From the NCBI RefSeq assembly GCF_009914755.1, contig NC_060932.1: a stretch of DNA of 64,000 nucleotides; one strand, given 5' to 3'. This document shows positions 15,005 to 30,160 of this stretch, piece after piece. The stretch comes from the human T2T-CHM13v2.0 reference genome, Homo sapiens. Position 1 is the stretch's first letter. Every line of letters starts with the position of its first letter. Position numbers and translations under genes: made by a program. A model generated the notes under the pieces. The model was not told the origin of the DNA, did not search any database, and worked only from the letters and a program-made list of their open reading frames with translations.

Positions 15005-16030
15005 CTTGACTTTTTCCTCTTCACAGTTGACATGCTTCCTTGGAAAATGACATCCATCTCAAGATTTTAACCACCACCTCTACTTTCCCTCTCTTTCTCT
15101 GCCTTTAAGTTGGGCTGCTCTTCTCTTAGAGGCTCAAACAAGGCACGCTGAATCCCATTTCTGGGCCTCTGTCCATACTGGGCCTTCTGCTTGAAAACAT
15201 CTGCCCCATCTTTTCACCTGGTTAATTCCTGCTAGCTGGGTTCAAAGGACAGTTGCTCAAAAAGTGTCACTTCCCTGATATTCCAGAGTAGATCAGTCCC
15301 TTGTTCATGCTTTTAGGCTGTGTACTTTGTAGCATTTACCACAAACAAAATGAAATCATTATTTGTATAATAAATTGTTTAACATCAAATGGTCCTGACT
15401 TGGACTGCTTAATCATTTGTTTCCCATGGAAACTCCATCAGAGCGAGGACCATGACTGTCTTGTTTACCTCTGCATTACCACCTCCAAGTCCTGTGCATG
15501 GAACAGAGAAGGAACTTTGTATTTATTGGAATAAAGAATGAATGAGACTATGTCCAATGGCTGGTTACTCTGTATCTAGCCCAGACCTATTTGTCTAGCC
15601 CAGACATCTTCACATGGATATCTCACCCAGCCTTAGTTCAAATTAATCATCTTCCGTCCACTCCACTGTGGTTCAATACTAGTTCCCTTCATTTATTCTG
15701 CTGCAATAGTTTTTCTTTTCTTTTAAATCTAATTTTTAAAAGAATCTAATTCTTCTAATTCTTCTAAATCTATTCTTTTAAAAATGCAAATCCGATTGTG
15801 TTCAAATCCCTTATACTCCAGGCTACAAATCCCTGCCTTCTTTTTCAACCTTGCCTCATGCATCTCCCTTCTCACCTGCTAACACACCAAGCTCATTCCT
15901 CTCTTTAGGGTCTTTGCCCTAGTTGTTTCCTCTGTCTGGGAGATCCTTCCCCTAATCTGCGCACAGCTGGATCTCTCTGCGCATTAGACTACAGTGTCAA
16001 TGTCACTGTTTCATACCGGGACCGGTAAGT
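15005..16030 (+). mobile_element. L2 fragments
   Basis: Pyrimidine-rich L2 3' region; terminal 'gaggaccatgactgtcttgtttacc...gaatgaatga'. Confidence 0.6.
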
Positions 16031-16094
16031 GAGCCTTTCCTAAGCAGCCTTTTGCTCATTTTTACAATTGTTGTGTTTGGTATTCTAGCTAGGC

Positions 16095-16340
16095 CTATTC
16101 AAAATGCCGTCTCAGGCCTCATCCTAACTTTACTCAATCAGAAACTGCATTTTAACAAGCTTGCCAGGCAATTTTTGTGCATATTACACTGTAAGAAGAA
16201 CTGCTGATCATGATCTCCTTGGGCTGTTGTTGAATTGCAAATCCTGGGGTGAATTTGAGAACCGGGAGTCAGAATGTCCAAGGGTATGAGAAGCTATATG
16301 TTCAACACGCCTTCTGGGTGAGAATTGGGAAATACTGCTT
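16095..16340. mobile_element. MER5-like hAT MITE fragments
   Basis: 'aatcagaaactgcattttaacaagc...agaactgct'. Confidence 0.55.
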
Positions 16341-16534
16341 CTAGGAAATCACTGAATTCAGGTCAGATTTGTTTATAGCTTGTGAATGCCCCATATTATC
16401 TTAGGAACTTGTAGATATAAAAATGAGTAAGATTCAGTCCTTGCCCTTCAAATGCTGAGATCCTGGTGGGAGACAAGCATGGAACCTAATACTTTCAGGA
16501 TAATGCCGTAAGCACAGTGATCGATGGATGAGTA

Positions 16535-16700
16535 GCATGGAAGAGCACTGGCATCAAATCCCAGCTCTGTAGTGGGGCAACCTTGAGCAAGGCACTGACA
16601 TTTTTGAACCTCAGCTCAATCGTATGCAAAATAGGGTAGTACTACCTGGTGTTCAGGCCTGTTTTGAAGATTAGTGAGTTAATGAATGTAAATATGTAGT
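16535..16700 (+). mobile_element. MIR SINE
   Basis: 'caaatcccagctctg...accttgagcaag...tgaacctcag...gaagattagtgagttaatg'. Confidence 0.65.
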
Positions 16701-17053
16701 GACTCCATAAACTATGTTGGTTACAACTGTTGCCCAGGGTGACGAGGAAGCTGGTAGAAAAGCAGTGCTAGTTCAGATAGAATATTCTGACTCATGCATT
16801 TACAATTACCATAGGCAGCCAGAGACGGGGAGAGTCAATACTAGTCAGAATTAGAGAGCAGCATCTTGGCAGAAATGGGATTTGAAGTTGGAATTAAATG
16901 GAACTCTTAAACAACTGGAACCTAGAGGTCTGGGGAGAATAGAGGGTACATCAGTTAAAGGAAAATAATCCCTTGCAAATCAATCTCTGTTCTGCTTTTC
17001 AGTAGGTAAAAGGGCTGATCTGTCAATGTGGCTCTAGATGAAGGAGTTTGTAA

Positions 17054-17362
<309 letters not shown>

Positions 17363-17796
17363 TGTAATCCCAATTTTTGGGGGGCTTTGGTTTTTGGGGT
17401 GGTCCACGGCCTTGTCAGGGCACCATCTGGCATGGGCAGGAGATGGCACCTTTTAAAGATGGGCCAAAAGTCCAAGAACTACTAATGGCAGACCCTGGGG
17501 TTTAGCAAAGGGAAGCTAGTAAAGAATGAGGAGGATCAACCTGGGGTTACTGATGGCCGACCCTGGGGTTTGGCAACTTCCCCGGAGGGCACACATGGTG
17601 CAGGTGCTTCCTGAGTGTAGGAGTACAAGAAAACTAGGAAGATACTAGTCCATGGATTTCCAGACATTTCCCCATGCATTTTTTATTCTTTAGTTAAACT
17701 TAAATTTGCTGGAAAGGCCTGCAGGGACAGCTCATTACCAACTAAAAGAGTTTGACCAATAACTGATCAGAAACAAACACAGAATCCAAAAGATGA

Positions 17797-18356
<560 letters not shown>

Positions 18357-18412
18357 TTATTATATATCTGTATCTATATCATCTATTCTAATTCTCGTAT
18401 AGTAAAATATAA

Positions 18413-18467
18413 TGGTTTTTGCCATTATTTTTAAATGGCAAAAGCCGCAATTACTTTTGCAACAACT
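18413..18467. mobile_element. MADE1 (Hsmar1 mariner MITE), one arm truncated
   Basis: 'ggtttttgccattatttttaaatggcaaaagccgcaattacttttgcaacaac' matches the MADE1 palindrome. Confidence 0.85.
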
Positions 18468-18483
18468 GTCTATCTATCTAGAG

Positions 18484-18875
18484 AAAATGGTTTGGATCTG
18501 TGTCCCCACCAAATCCCATGTTGAATTGTAATTCCCGTGTAGGTGGTGGGGCCTGGTGGGAGGTGACCGGATCATGGGGGCAGCTTCTCATGAATGGGTT
18601 AGCACCATCCCTTTGGTACTGTCCTCACGATCGTGAGTTCTCATGAGATGTGGTCACTTGAAAGTGTGTTGCACCTTTTCCTCCTCTCTTGCTCCTGCTC
18701 TTGCTATGTAAGACTCGCCTCTGCCACGACTGTAAGGTTCCTGAGGCCTCCCAGAAGCAGATGCTGCCATGCTTCCTATACAGCCTGTGGAACCATGAAC
18801 CAACTAAACCTCTTTCTTTATAAATTACCAAGTCTCAGGTATCCCTTTATAGCAATGTGAGAATGAACTAATACA
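18484..18875 (+). mobile_element. MSTA MaLR LTR
   Basis: 'atggtttggatctgtgtccccacc...ccagaagcagatgctgccatgcttcc...gaactaataca'. Confidence 0.88.
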
Positions 18876-19257
18876 TATAAACAATATACATTATTATTAT
18901 ATATTATGCACACATATATGTAATGTATATTATATATTATACACACATATGTATACATATCCTTTTATAGAAACCCCTTCTCAAAACAGTACTTTGAGAT
19001 ATTATTGTGCTAAGAAAATATTCAGTCTCCTCGATGAGTTACTAGAGAACCCTCAGGTGACGGAGAAGGGAAGAAAAATACCTGGAAGAGGATAAGAGAA
19101 GCCTTCATCCTGTTACATAGACACTGATAATAGATAAGTCTTTCTTTGGGTGTTTAACAAGATTGAAATCACATTGTGGACTATTACATATAGCTGCATT
19201 TTTTGGTATTTAATAATATGTCACAAAAATTTCCCCATACCCTTATCTACAATATGT

Positions 19258-21474
<2,217 letters not shown>

Positions 21475-21486
21475 TAGCTTATCAAT

Positions 21487-21896
21487 GTGCTGTGTCTGTT
21501 CCCTCTGAAACTCGTGTTGAAACTTAATCCGCAAGCTAACAATATTAAGAGGTGGGGCCTTTAAGAGGTGATTCAATCATGAGGGCTCTGCCCTCATGAA
21601 TGGTTTAATCCATTCATGGATTAATGGGTTAGTGGGTTAATCGGTTATCACAGGAGCAGGTTAGTTATCCTGACAGCGGGTCTGTTATAAAGGCCAGTTT
21701 GCCAGTTTGATTTTCTCATGAACCCCCTTGCCATGTGATGCTTGCAGAGAGTTCCCACCAGCAAGAAGGCCCTCACCAGATGTGGCCCCTAAGCCTTGGA
21801 CTTCCTACAGTCAGGAACTGTAAGAAATGCATTTTAAAAAAATAAATCACCCCATCGCAGGCATTCTGTTATAGTAACAGAAAACTGCCTAAGACA
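21487..21896 (+). mobile_element. MSTB/MSTC-type MaLR LTR
   Basis: 'ggtggggcctttaagaggtgatt...catgagggctctgccctcatgaatgg...agcaagaaggccctcaccagatg...ctaagaca'. Confidence 0.82.
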
Positions 21897-22134
21897 AAGT
21901 GCTTTCTTATTGTTACACTGACCAATGCACTCAATGTCTTTCATTGCCTTCTACATCCTAAACATGGGGAGAACCTAGGTACAATATGCAGGTTTTAATA
22001 CCTGCATTAAAATTCACTTTAGGTGCATTTTATAATTTACTTGAATTCTTTACTGTTGGAGATTTATTTAAAGATTTAGTTTATTCTACTCACTTATAAG
22101 TAAAGCCGAGCTGAGCATTTAAACAAAATATGTT

Positions 22135-22483
<349 letters not shown>

Positions 22484-23144
22484 TTAGCACTTTGTTTGTG
22501 TTAGTTTATTTATTCCTCAGAAAAGCCATTTTGTTTGTCTCTGATTCTTTCCTTAGGATACATCCCTGGATGTGGAATTGCTAGAGAAAAAGATGTGTAT
22601 TTGCAAAGCCCTGGAAGAGCAATGGGAACTTTTTGCCAGGTCGCTTCAGTGCAGTCAGGTGACAGTGCTATACAGTCTGCACCATGCTGTTCATTATGTA
22701 AGGTTAAGAACCTGGCCTATAGGAAGCACTGTAATAAATCTTTATCCACTGGGTGAAAGGATGAGGGAATGTTTAGACGAACCATGGAGGGGAATGGTGA
22801 GCTCGTTTGATGTGAACTTTCCTGGATTTGAGCCAGCTGTGTTTGTCCACCTGTGTTCATACTCTTCGAGTAAAGGACACAAACCTCAAGAGAATCCACA
22901 TTGGTTAACTGCTCACACCTTGAAGTTAACTAACCTTCAGTGTTGGACTCATGAACTTCTATCGTCAGATAAATGGGTTTGGCCATTATTATACAATTCA
23001 TGCTAATGTCTCTTCTAATCAGACTTCATACTCCTACCCATTCTGGCTTCAAAACCCTGGGTCACACTTGATCTTTCCTCAGGAAGCCAGGCACACATTG
23101 CCCGTAACCATTGTCAGCATGCAGCACAAGACACATTAGCCCTC

Positions 23145-23591
23145 TGTCTCAGTCTTTTTTGTATTGCTGTAAAGGAATACCTAAGACTAGGTACTTGATA
23201 AAGAAAAGAGGTTTGTTAGCCTCGTGGTTCTGCAGGTTGTACAAGGAGCATGGTGCCAGCATCTGCTCAGCGTTTGGTGAGGGCCACAGACTGCTTCCAC
23301 TCATGTGGGAAGGCGAAGGGAGCTGTTGTATACAAAGATCACATGGCGAGAGAGGAAGCCAGAGAAAAGTGGCGGGTTTGGTGGGGGCGGAGGGTAGGTG
23401 TCAGGCTCTTTTTAACAAACAGCTCTAGTGAGAACTAATAGAGTAAGAACTCCCCACCTCCAAGGGAAGCATTAATCTATTCATGAGGGATCTACTTTTA
23501 TAACCATAACACCTCCCAATAGGCCCCCTTCAAAACTGTGGATCAAATTTCAACAGGAGGTATGGAGGGGACAAATATTCAAACCAGAGCA
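23145..23591 (-). mobile_element. MSTB-type MaLR LTR
   Basis: 'ggttctgcagg...catggtgccagcatctgctcagc...ggggacaaatattcaaaccagagca'; TSD ccctc/ccttc. Confidence 0.85.
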
Positions 23592-23719
23592 CCTTCCAAA
23601 AATCTCCTATGACTTCATAGTGTTATTATCATGATCCCAATAAGGCCATGGCTATTGATATTGTCCCAGAATCTATGGCCAGAGTAGACAGGCAGATCCC
23701 AGAGGTGGGGGAAAAAGGT

Positions 23720-24216
23720 ATTGGGACTCAGTTGTCCATAAATCTTTCAAGTTTCTGCACATCTCACGGGCAGAGGCACTGAGAGCTCTTGTTTCCAACT
23801 ACCTTTTCAAGGATGTGTGTATAATAGCACTTTAACATAGAGTGTTTTCTTCTGGGGCAGAGGGCATATTTGTTTGTTGACCGGCAATGTCTCTCTCCAG
23901 GGCAGAATTTGGGATGTTTGCTTACAATCCCTTTAAAAGATAAGGATTACCTAAACTGGGGATTCCCTTCCTGTAATGCAACCCACTGAATGTGCAGGAG
24001 TTACCTGGCTCTCTACACATTGCCATGTTGGAACTGGGAGTCAGGGAACCACCAATGATGATATTCTGGCTACTGCTCTACTGCTATTGCTGAGTAATAA
24101 GTTGTCCACCTCTGACCCAGGAGTCTTGTATCTTCTGCCAGTACCCAGGAATTGTGGTAGAATAACTTATTAGATTTCAGGTAGGGTAAGATGCAGACGC
24201 TTTACAGTTCTTTAGT
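23720..24216 (+). mobile_element. MER54-like LTR
   Basis: 'tttctgcacatctcacgggcagaggcactga...ctctgacccaggagtcttgtatcttctgccag...gtagggtaagatgcagacgctttacagttct'. Confidence 0.75.
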
Positions 24217-24569
24217 AAAAGGCAAAAGATTTATGCGATATGAAGAGAAACCAGAGTATAACACTTTACAGTTCTTAATGCAACATGAGAGTCCAGAAGT
24301 GAGGTCTGGGCTGAATCCAGAATTGATGGTGAAGATCAAAACTCTGAAGCAACTTTCAGGACGGAGAAATTTTTTGCCATTTTCATGATCAACTCGGGCA
24401 GTGGGATAAGCCTCAACCTCAAACAGGGAGCTGTTGCTGAGTCCTCCTATGGGGATTGAGGGAGACAAAAGAAGGATAAAATGGAGGCAGGACCTGTCAG
24501 ACAGGAGGCAAGACTCAACTCAGTCAAGCCTTGTTGCCGGTCAGTAATCTTCATTAAAAACAAAGTGGC

Positions 24570-25010
24570 GATTGAGAGTCATGGACAAATTCTGGCATCA
24601 CCCTTTCATTCATCCAAATCTTCATTGTGTCCTCATTGTGTGAGGGTCAATAAGGTCTGCTGCGCTTCCTCCTCCAGGGTTGTAGTGAGGCTCAGATGAC
24701 ATGGTGTGTGAGAAAGCTCCAATGCAAGAGGTAAAAAAGCAAGGACGTTTTTCTCAAACATAGCCTGGTGCTTTGTTAATTGAAATAAATAGATCTAGGG
24801 CTAGAGTGAATATACCATTAGTCACCATTTGTGGAACACTTATTGTCCTAAGCACTTTACATTCATTATATCATTTAATCCTCACAAGAAACCCATGAAG
24901 AAAGTCATATTATTATCCCCATGTTAGAAATGAGATAAATGAGCATGTAGGAAGAGAAGACATAGCACACAGTAACTAGGAAATGAGGCAGATCATGGAA
25001 GGACTGTGAT
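24570..25010. mobile_element. Two MIR SINEs (+ at about 24570-24720; - at about 24820-25010)
   Basis: MIR cores 'cagggttgtagtgaggctcagatga' and 'tcatttaatcctcacaagaaacccatga...attatccccat'. Confidence 0.65.
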
Positions 25011-26599
25011 GTGCTCTTCTCTACTCCTACTTCCTTGCATTTGGGGACCACCTTCCCTGGTCCCCATTCCTGATTCCTTCCAAGATGCAGCAATAGAAGT
25101 GAGGTCAGCCATGTGACCAGCCACTTTTGAAGAGGCCCTCACTGGTTCTATGCTGTATGGTTCCCCACCTTAGAAGCCCTGATCAGAAACTCTGAGCTTT
25201 CTTATCTGCTAGCCTGTTTCTCCCTCATTCTGTGAGCATCAGGAAGTAAGAACAGCATCTCCAAACATAAATGTTTGATGAAGGCAGTCAGGAATTCCAG
25301 AGTAAGCCTGGGAGCTAAGAAAAGAACAGTCAAGCCAGGACAGGATCTTGCTTCACAAGCAGGTAAGAAAAAAACCTTGTCATGAAAAGGAGGTTGTGTG
25401 ACCACTCCTGGTATCCACCAGGGTTCAAAGGCCAGGCTTGCATGAATATAAATAAAAAACAAACATCTGCTCCCAATCTCTCCCATCTGAGGATGGAGTA
25501 ACAGAAAGTTGGGAGTAGGAGGTGAGGAAAGGAGGCTGTTCCCCTTCCCATAACTTCCTGGAATAGAAGGAAAGAACCTGGCCTGTTTGTTCTGGGAGAT
25601 GTGAGTCCACCTGCAATCAGAGCCCACTCGGAGCATGGCATTCAGTGGTTCACAATGTGGATGACAGGCATAACTCAGAGCAAGATCGGATGGGAGTTGG
25701 CAGGAGGATGAAGGGCCTTCTAGCTCTGTCCTGTGCGGAACTGTCAGCAGATCAGAGGGAGAGGAGAAAGGGTAAATAGAATCTTAAAAAGACTTATCTT
25801 GAGGAAGGGTGGGAAGATGAGGTTTGTATGTTTTTAAGGGGGAGAAGAGACAGAAAGGGAAATTTAGGCCAACATCCAGAATTTCCTGGAGTGCTCCAGG
25901 AATCATCTTCAGAAGTAAGTTCCCATCCCTGATGGTCATCAAAGAATGTGGGGTGGCTTGCCCCCAGCTGCGGAGGCAACTTGGTATGGGAGTTGGACGC
26001 AGATAGACGTGAGTTCAGATCTAGTTTCCAGCACTTTCAGACCGTGTGATCTTGGCTTAATGTCTTGAATTCTAAGTGTTTTTCTTCCTTTAAAGAAGTA
26101 AACTGTCTGGTTCCTAGATGGTCTCCATCATGACATCTATAGTCAACCCACACACTATAAAAAGGATCTTTTCATCAGGTGGGTGAGAACGGAAGGTAGG
26201 GACCAAATAATCTTTAATGTCTCGCCCAATATTCCAAGGAAATGAACTGAACATCAAATGTGACTCTGGGCAGTTTGCACTGCCATTCCATGCCCCATCA
26301 AACACATCATTATTTCTATGTATTTCTTCCCTTATAATTCCAAAAGGGAAAAAGACAGATACATCTAAGGGAGAAGAAAATGTAAATAAACTATTATGAC
26401 CCTAATGTGAAGGTTTTAAGGGTGACAGGCTCTGTGAAAACACTGATCCAAACAGGCTAGGCATCCCATTGGCAGTGACTTTCCTCCTTAATGTCAGTCC
26501 CTAGGGCCAGTCGGCTGCTGTCTTGGTGATACAAAAGGTTCCATTTGGCTCCATTTCAGACAAGTTGAATGAACATCATTAGAGAAATGGATGAGGGGT

Positions 26600-26795
26600 G
26601 ATGGATGACTTGGATGAAGTCACACAAAGAGTGCAGATCACATTTGCTTTTGACTCAAGGCTGGGAGGAAGAGGTGAAATGCTGGCTGACATCATCAAGA
26701 CTCTAAAAGATCTAGGCTGGTTGTAACAATGAATTGAAATGAATTGGGTCAAATTTAATAGAGGAAAAAGAACTAAGATCCTGCACCTGGATTAT
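26600..26795 (+). mobile_element. L3/CR1 LINE reverse-transcriptase fragment
   Basis: Translates DDLDE..ITFAFDSRLGG..KDLGWL..VKFNRGK..KILHL, like CR1 NDLDE..KFADDTKLGG..RDLDRL..MKFN..KCKVLHL. Confidence 0.75.
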
Positions 26796-27503
26796 AAAAT
26801 GAACCAAGCTTTGTAAACATAATGACAAGGAGTGAGTCAAAAATGGAAAAGATTGATTGATTTGGCTCTAATAAACTATAAAACATGGATGTCAAAAACA
26901 CTATAAACAAGATGAAAAGGCAAACTATAAATTGAGAAAAATAATGGCAACACATATGATAGCGAGAGTGGGTTGATATGTTTAAGAGGTCTTTCAAATC
27001 AATAAGGAAAAGAAAAATACTCCACCAGAAAAAATGAGGAACGAATGTAAACAAACAGTTCAGAAGATGAGAAATCAAAATGGTCAAACAGCACGTGAAA
27101 AAGGTTTATACATGGTATTATAAAAATGCAAATAAAAACAACAGTGGAATACATTTTTTTCCCTATCTGATTAACGATGACTTAAAAGAGTAACGAGAAT
27201 CAAGGTTCACAGGATGCAGGAGAAGCAGACAGGCTCAACCACTGTAAGACAGTATCAACTTGCATAACCTTAATGGGGGCCAGTTCTGTAATGCATATCA
27301 ATAGCCTTAAAAATATCCAAACACCTTGACCTAGAATTCCACTTTTAGGAGTTTGTCCTAAGGAGAAACTAGAGAAGGATACGAAGATATAACACAGTAG
27401 GGAATTCGTGGCAGGATTATTTAGAAGAGCAAAAAGTAACAATCTAATGCTCAATAATGGGGAATTCACTAATTAGGATAATTAGAACAATGAAATACCA
27501 TGG

Positions 27504-27874
27504 TATATTAGTCCGTTTTCATGCTGCTGATAAAGACATACCTGAGACTGGGCAATTTACAAAAGGAAGAGGTTTAATAGACTTACAGTTCCACGTGGCT
27601 GGGGAGGCCTTACAATCATGGCAGAAGGCAAGGAGGAGCAAGTCATGGCTTACATGGATGGCAGCAGGCAAAGAGAGAGAGCTCGTGCAGGGGAACTCCT
27701 CTATATAGAACCATCAGATCTCATGAGACTTGTCCGCTATCACAAGAATAACATGAAAAAGACCCATCCCCATGATTCAGTCACCTCCCACTGGATCCCT
27801 CCCATGACATGTGGGAATTGTGGGAGTTACAATGCAAGATGAGATTTGAGTGGGGACACAGCCAAACCATATCA
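27504..27874 (-). mobile_element. THE1B-like MaLR solo LTR
   Basis: 'tattagtccgttttcatgctgctgataaagacatac...ggggacacagccaaaccatatca'; TSD catgg/catgc. Confidence 0.93.
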
Positions 27875-27924
27875 CATGCAAACCTTAGAAATCACTGATG
27901 TGAGAAAATATTCATAGTATGTTT

Positions 27925-28950
27925 CTGTGATACACATGGAGATGTGCTGCTCAGATCCTCCTTCAAGGAAGGACTTGCTACCATGAGTGTTAGTTCCATC
28001 AGTGTTTGTCTCAACTGCAGAGAGAGACAAGCCATGGACACATCCTTCTTTGCTTTCACACATCCAGTGATTGAGGTAGGGGCATAAAAGCCCAGCCATT
28101 TCTACCCAGTGCAGACCATTCTGGTATACCATTTATGCTCCAGAGCTCCCCACCAGGTTGGCCTGGCTTATGTCAAGTCCTCCACAGGGAAACAATTCTC
28201 CATGAATTTTTTTTTTTTTATATCCTATAGGTCCTGGGATTTCTGAGCAAAGAACACGAGCAAACTTGGTTAAAAGATGACTGAATTACTAACATGTCTT
28301 GCAACTTAGAGATTGTGTATGGCTCCAGAGAGATTTAGAGACTTATCTTTCCTGGAGATATTTGCTCACATTTAGGGAAATAAGTCCAGAGATGCCTTCC
28401 TCTCTCCTGCAGAAACATATGTTTATATTTCAGACTCAAAATCTCTCTTCAGAGGGGAGGATGGGCAGATGTACTAGCCACCCTATATAAGCTCTGAATT
28501 CCATGAGTTTTTGGGTTGCAACCTATGTTGCACCCCTGCTGAATGCACCTGGCCCTTACTGCATCATCCTGTGGGGACTGGGGTGTGAAGAACTGGTGTG
28601 AATATGCTCTGTGAGTGAAAAAGGTCTCTTCTCTGAACCAGAGATTTCATGTTTCCTGTCTTAATCAAACTTTCTCTCTCTCCCTCCATCTCCTCATTCT
28701 CTATATAATAGATAGATCGATGCATATGTATGCATATATATGGGTGTGTGCATGTATATGTGCGTATGTATGGATTTGTGCATGTATATGATATATAAGT
28801 AACTTAACACCTGCATTAAAGTTTGACTTCTCCCTCTGCCCTACCTGTCTTCCTCCCCCTCTCTTCCTCATGTGTTGATCTCAGATAAACGTCTTGCACA
28901 CCTCCAAAACGGTCTCAATGTTTACCTCTGGAGAATTCAGCCTGCAGTAT
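27925..28950 (+). mobile_element. LTR16-family ERVL LTR (split)
   Basis: 'ctcagatcctccttcaagg...ccagagctccccaccaggttggc' and, after the insert, 'gacttctccctctgccc...tgttgatctcagataaac'. Confidence 0.65.
28186..28665 (+). mobile_element. MER74/LTR53/MER54-related LTR
   Basis: Start 'gaaacaattctccatg' and end 'tctctgaaccagagatttcatgtttcctg' resemble the MER54/74 group. Confidence 0.5.
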
Positions 28951-29224
28951 TTGCTGAGTTAAAAAGAAGAGCAGTCTATAGAGCCATACATAAACATGAT
29001 AACATTTTTGTACTTTATGAGAGGTGCATTGAAAGAGATGACAAAACTGCAAAATATTAATGATGGTTTTCTTTTGTTGGTGTGAATATGAATTTTTTTG
29101 TGCTTTTCTCTATTTTCCAAATTTCCTGCATTGAACATGTATTACTTTTAATTACAGGGTGTGCCAAAATACTATTGCCATCAGCTGTATTCAGCAGGAA
29201 ATGGAGGTGGGGATGGGGATGTTA

Positions 29225-29430
29225 AAGCTGATATTTACAGACTGCTAGCTATGTGGCTGGCACTGTTTTAAGCAATTCATATTTAATTTCTCCTTATAGG
29301 CAATCTTACGGAGGAGGTATCATCTCTTTCTCATAAATGAAGGAAACTGACACCTAGAGAGATAAATAACTTTCCCAAAGTAGAGGAGTCAGGGTCTGAA
29401 TCCAGTCTTCCTGGCCTCAGAGCCTGTGCT
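29225..29430 (-). mobile_element. MIR SINE
   Basis: 'ggcactgttttaagc...gaaactgacacctagagagataaataactttcccaaag'. Confidence 0.7.
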
Positions 29431-29529
29431 TCTACAATCTCAATGTTCCCATCTTAGCCTCATCCTTGGGCACACAAATTAGGGCCTGGCATACCTCACC
29501 TTCTGAGACTCGGATGGGTCCTCTGCCCA

Positions 29530-30160
29530 AACTCTAAGCCCCTCATTTCACTTACAAGGCCCACAATCTGGCTGTGCCTCCATCTACAGATCCTCTCATG
29601 CCACTTCTCTCTTTCTCTTGGACTCTGATTGGCATGCCTCCATTCTTGGGGCCCTCGCCCTAGGATGCTCTTCCCAGCTCAGGGTATGGTTGACTGCTTC
29701 CACCCTTCATGTTCCAGTGTAACTGTCCCCTCTTCAGCGATGCCTTCCCCAGCCACTTTCAGTGTTTCCCTTCTCTCCTGCTTGCCTACCATAGTTATTC
29801 CCTAATTCCCAGTTTTGTTCAATGTGGCTCATGGCATTTGGTAGACTGCCATATTGTTCACTCGTCTAGAGATGTGTAATAGCACATGTGGGCTCTGGAG
29901 CCAGACTGTCTGTGTTCAAATCTCAGCTCTTCCTTTACTAGCAATGTATCTTTGGGTGAGTTAGTTATTTCTCTGTGCCTCAGTTTCTACATTTGTAAGT
30001 GGTTTATTTAGAACACTGTCTGGTCTATAATGAGAACCCCATCTGTCTCTAAAGCCCATGCCAGCAGGGACTGTACCTCACACCATGCATCAAGTTCTTA
30101 ACACAGTACGTGGTACACACAGGGACTCAATAAATACTTTTTGAATGAAGAACAAATGCA
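29530..30160 (+). mobile_element. L2 fragment with nested MIR (about 29870-30000)
   Basis: L2 3' end 'tggtacacacagggactcaataaatactttttgaatgaa'; MIR 'ggctctggagccagactg...ctctgtgcctcagtttc'. Confidence 0.65.

Larger units (their letters stand above)
26800..29155 (+). mobile_element. L1ME4-like ORF2 end/3'UTR, interrupted by THE1, LTR16 and MER74-like LTRs
   Basis: 'aaaatgcaaataaaaacaacagtggaatacatt', 'ttgacctagaattccacttttagga'; resumes after 27874 and about 28950 ('ttgaacatgtattacttt'). Confidence 0.7.
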
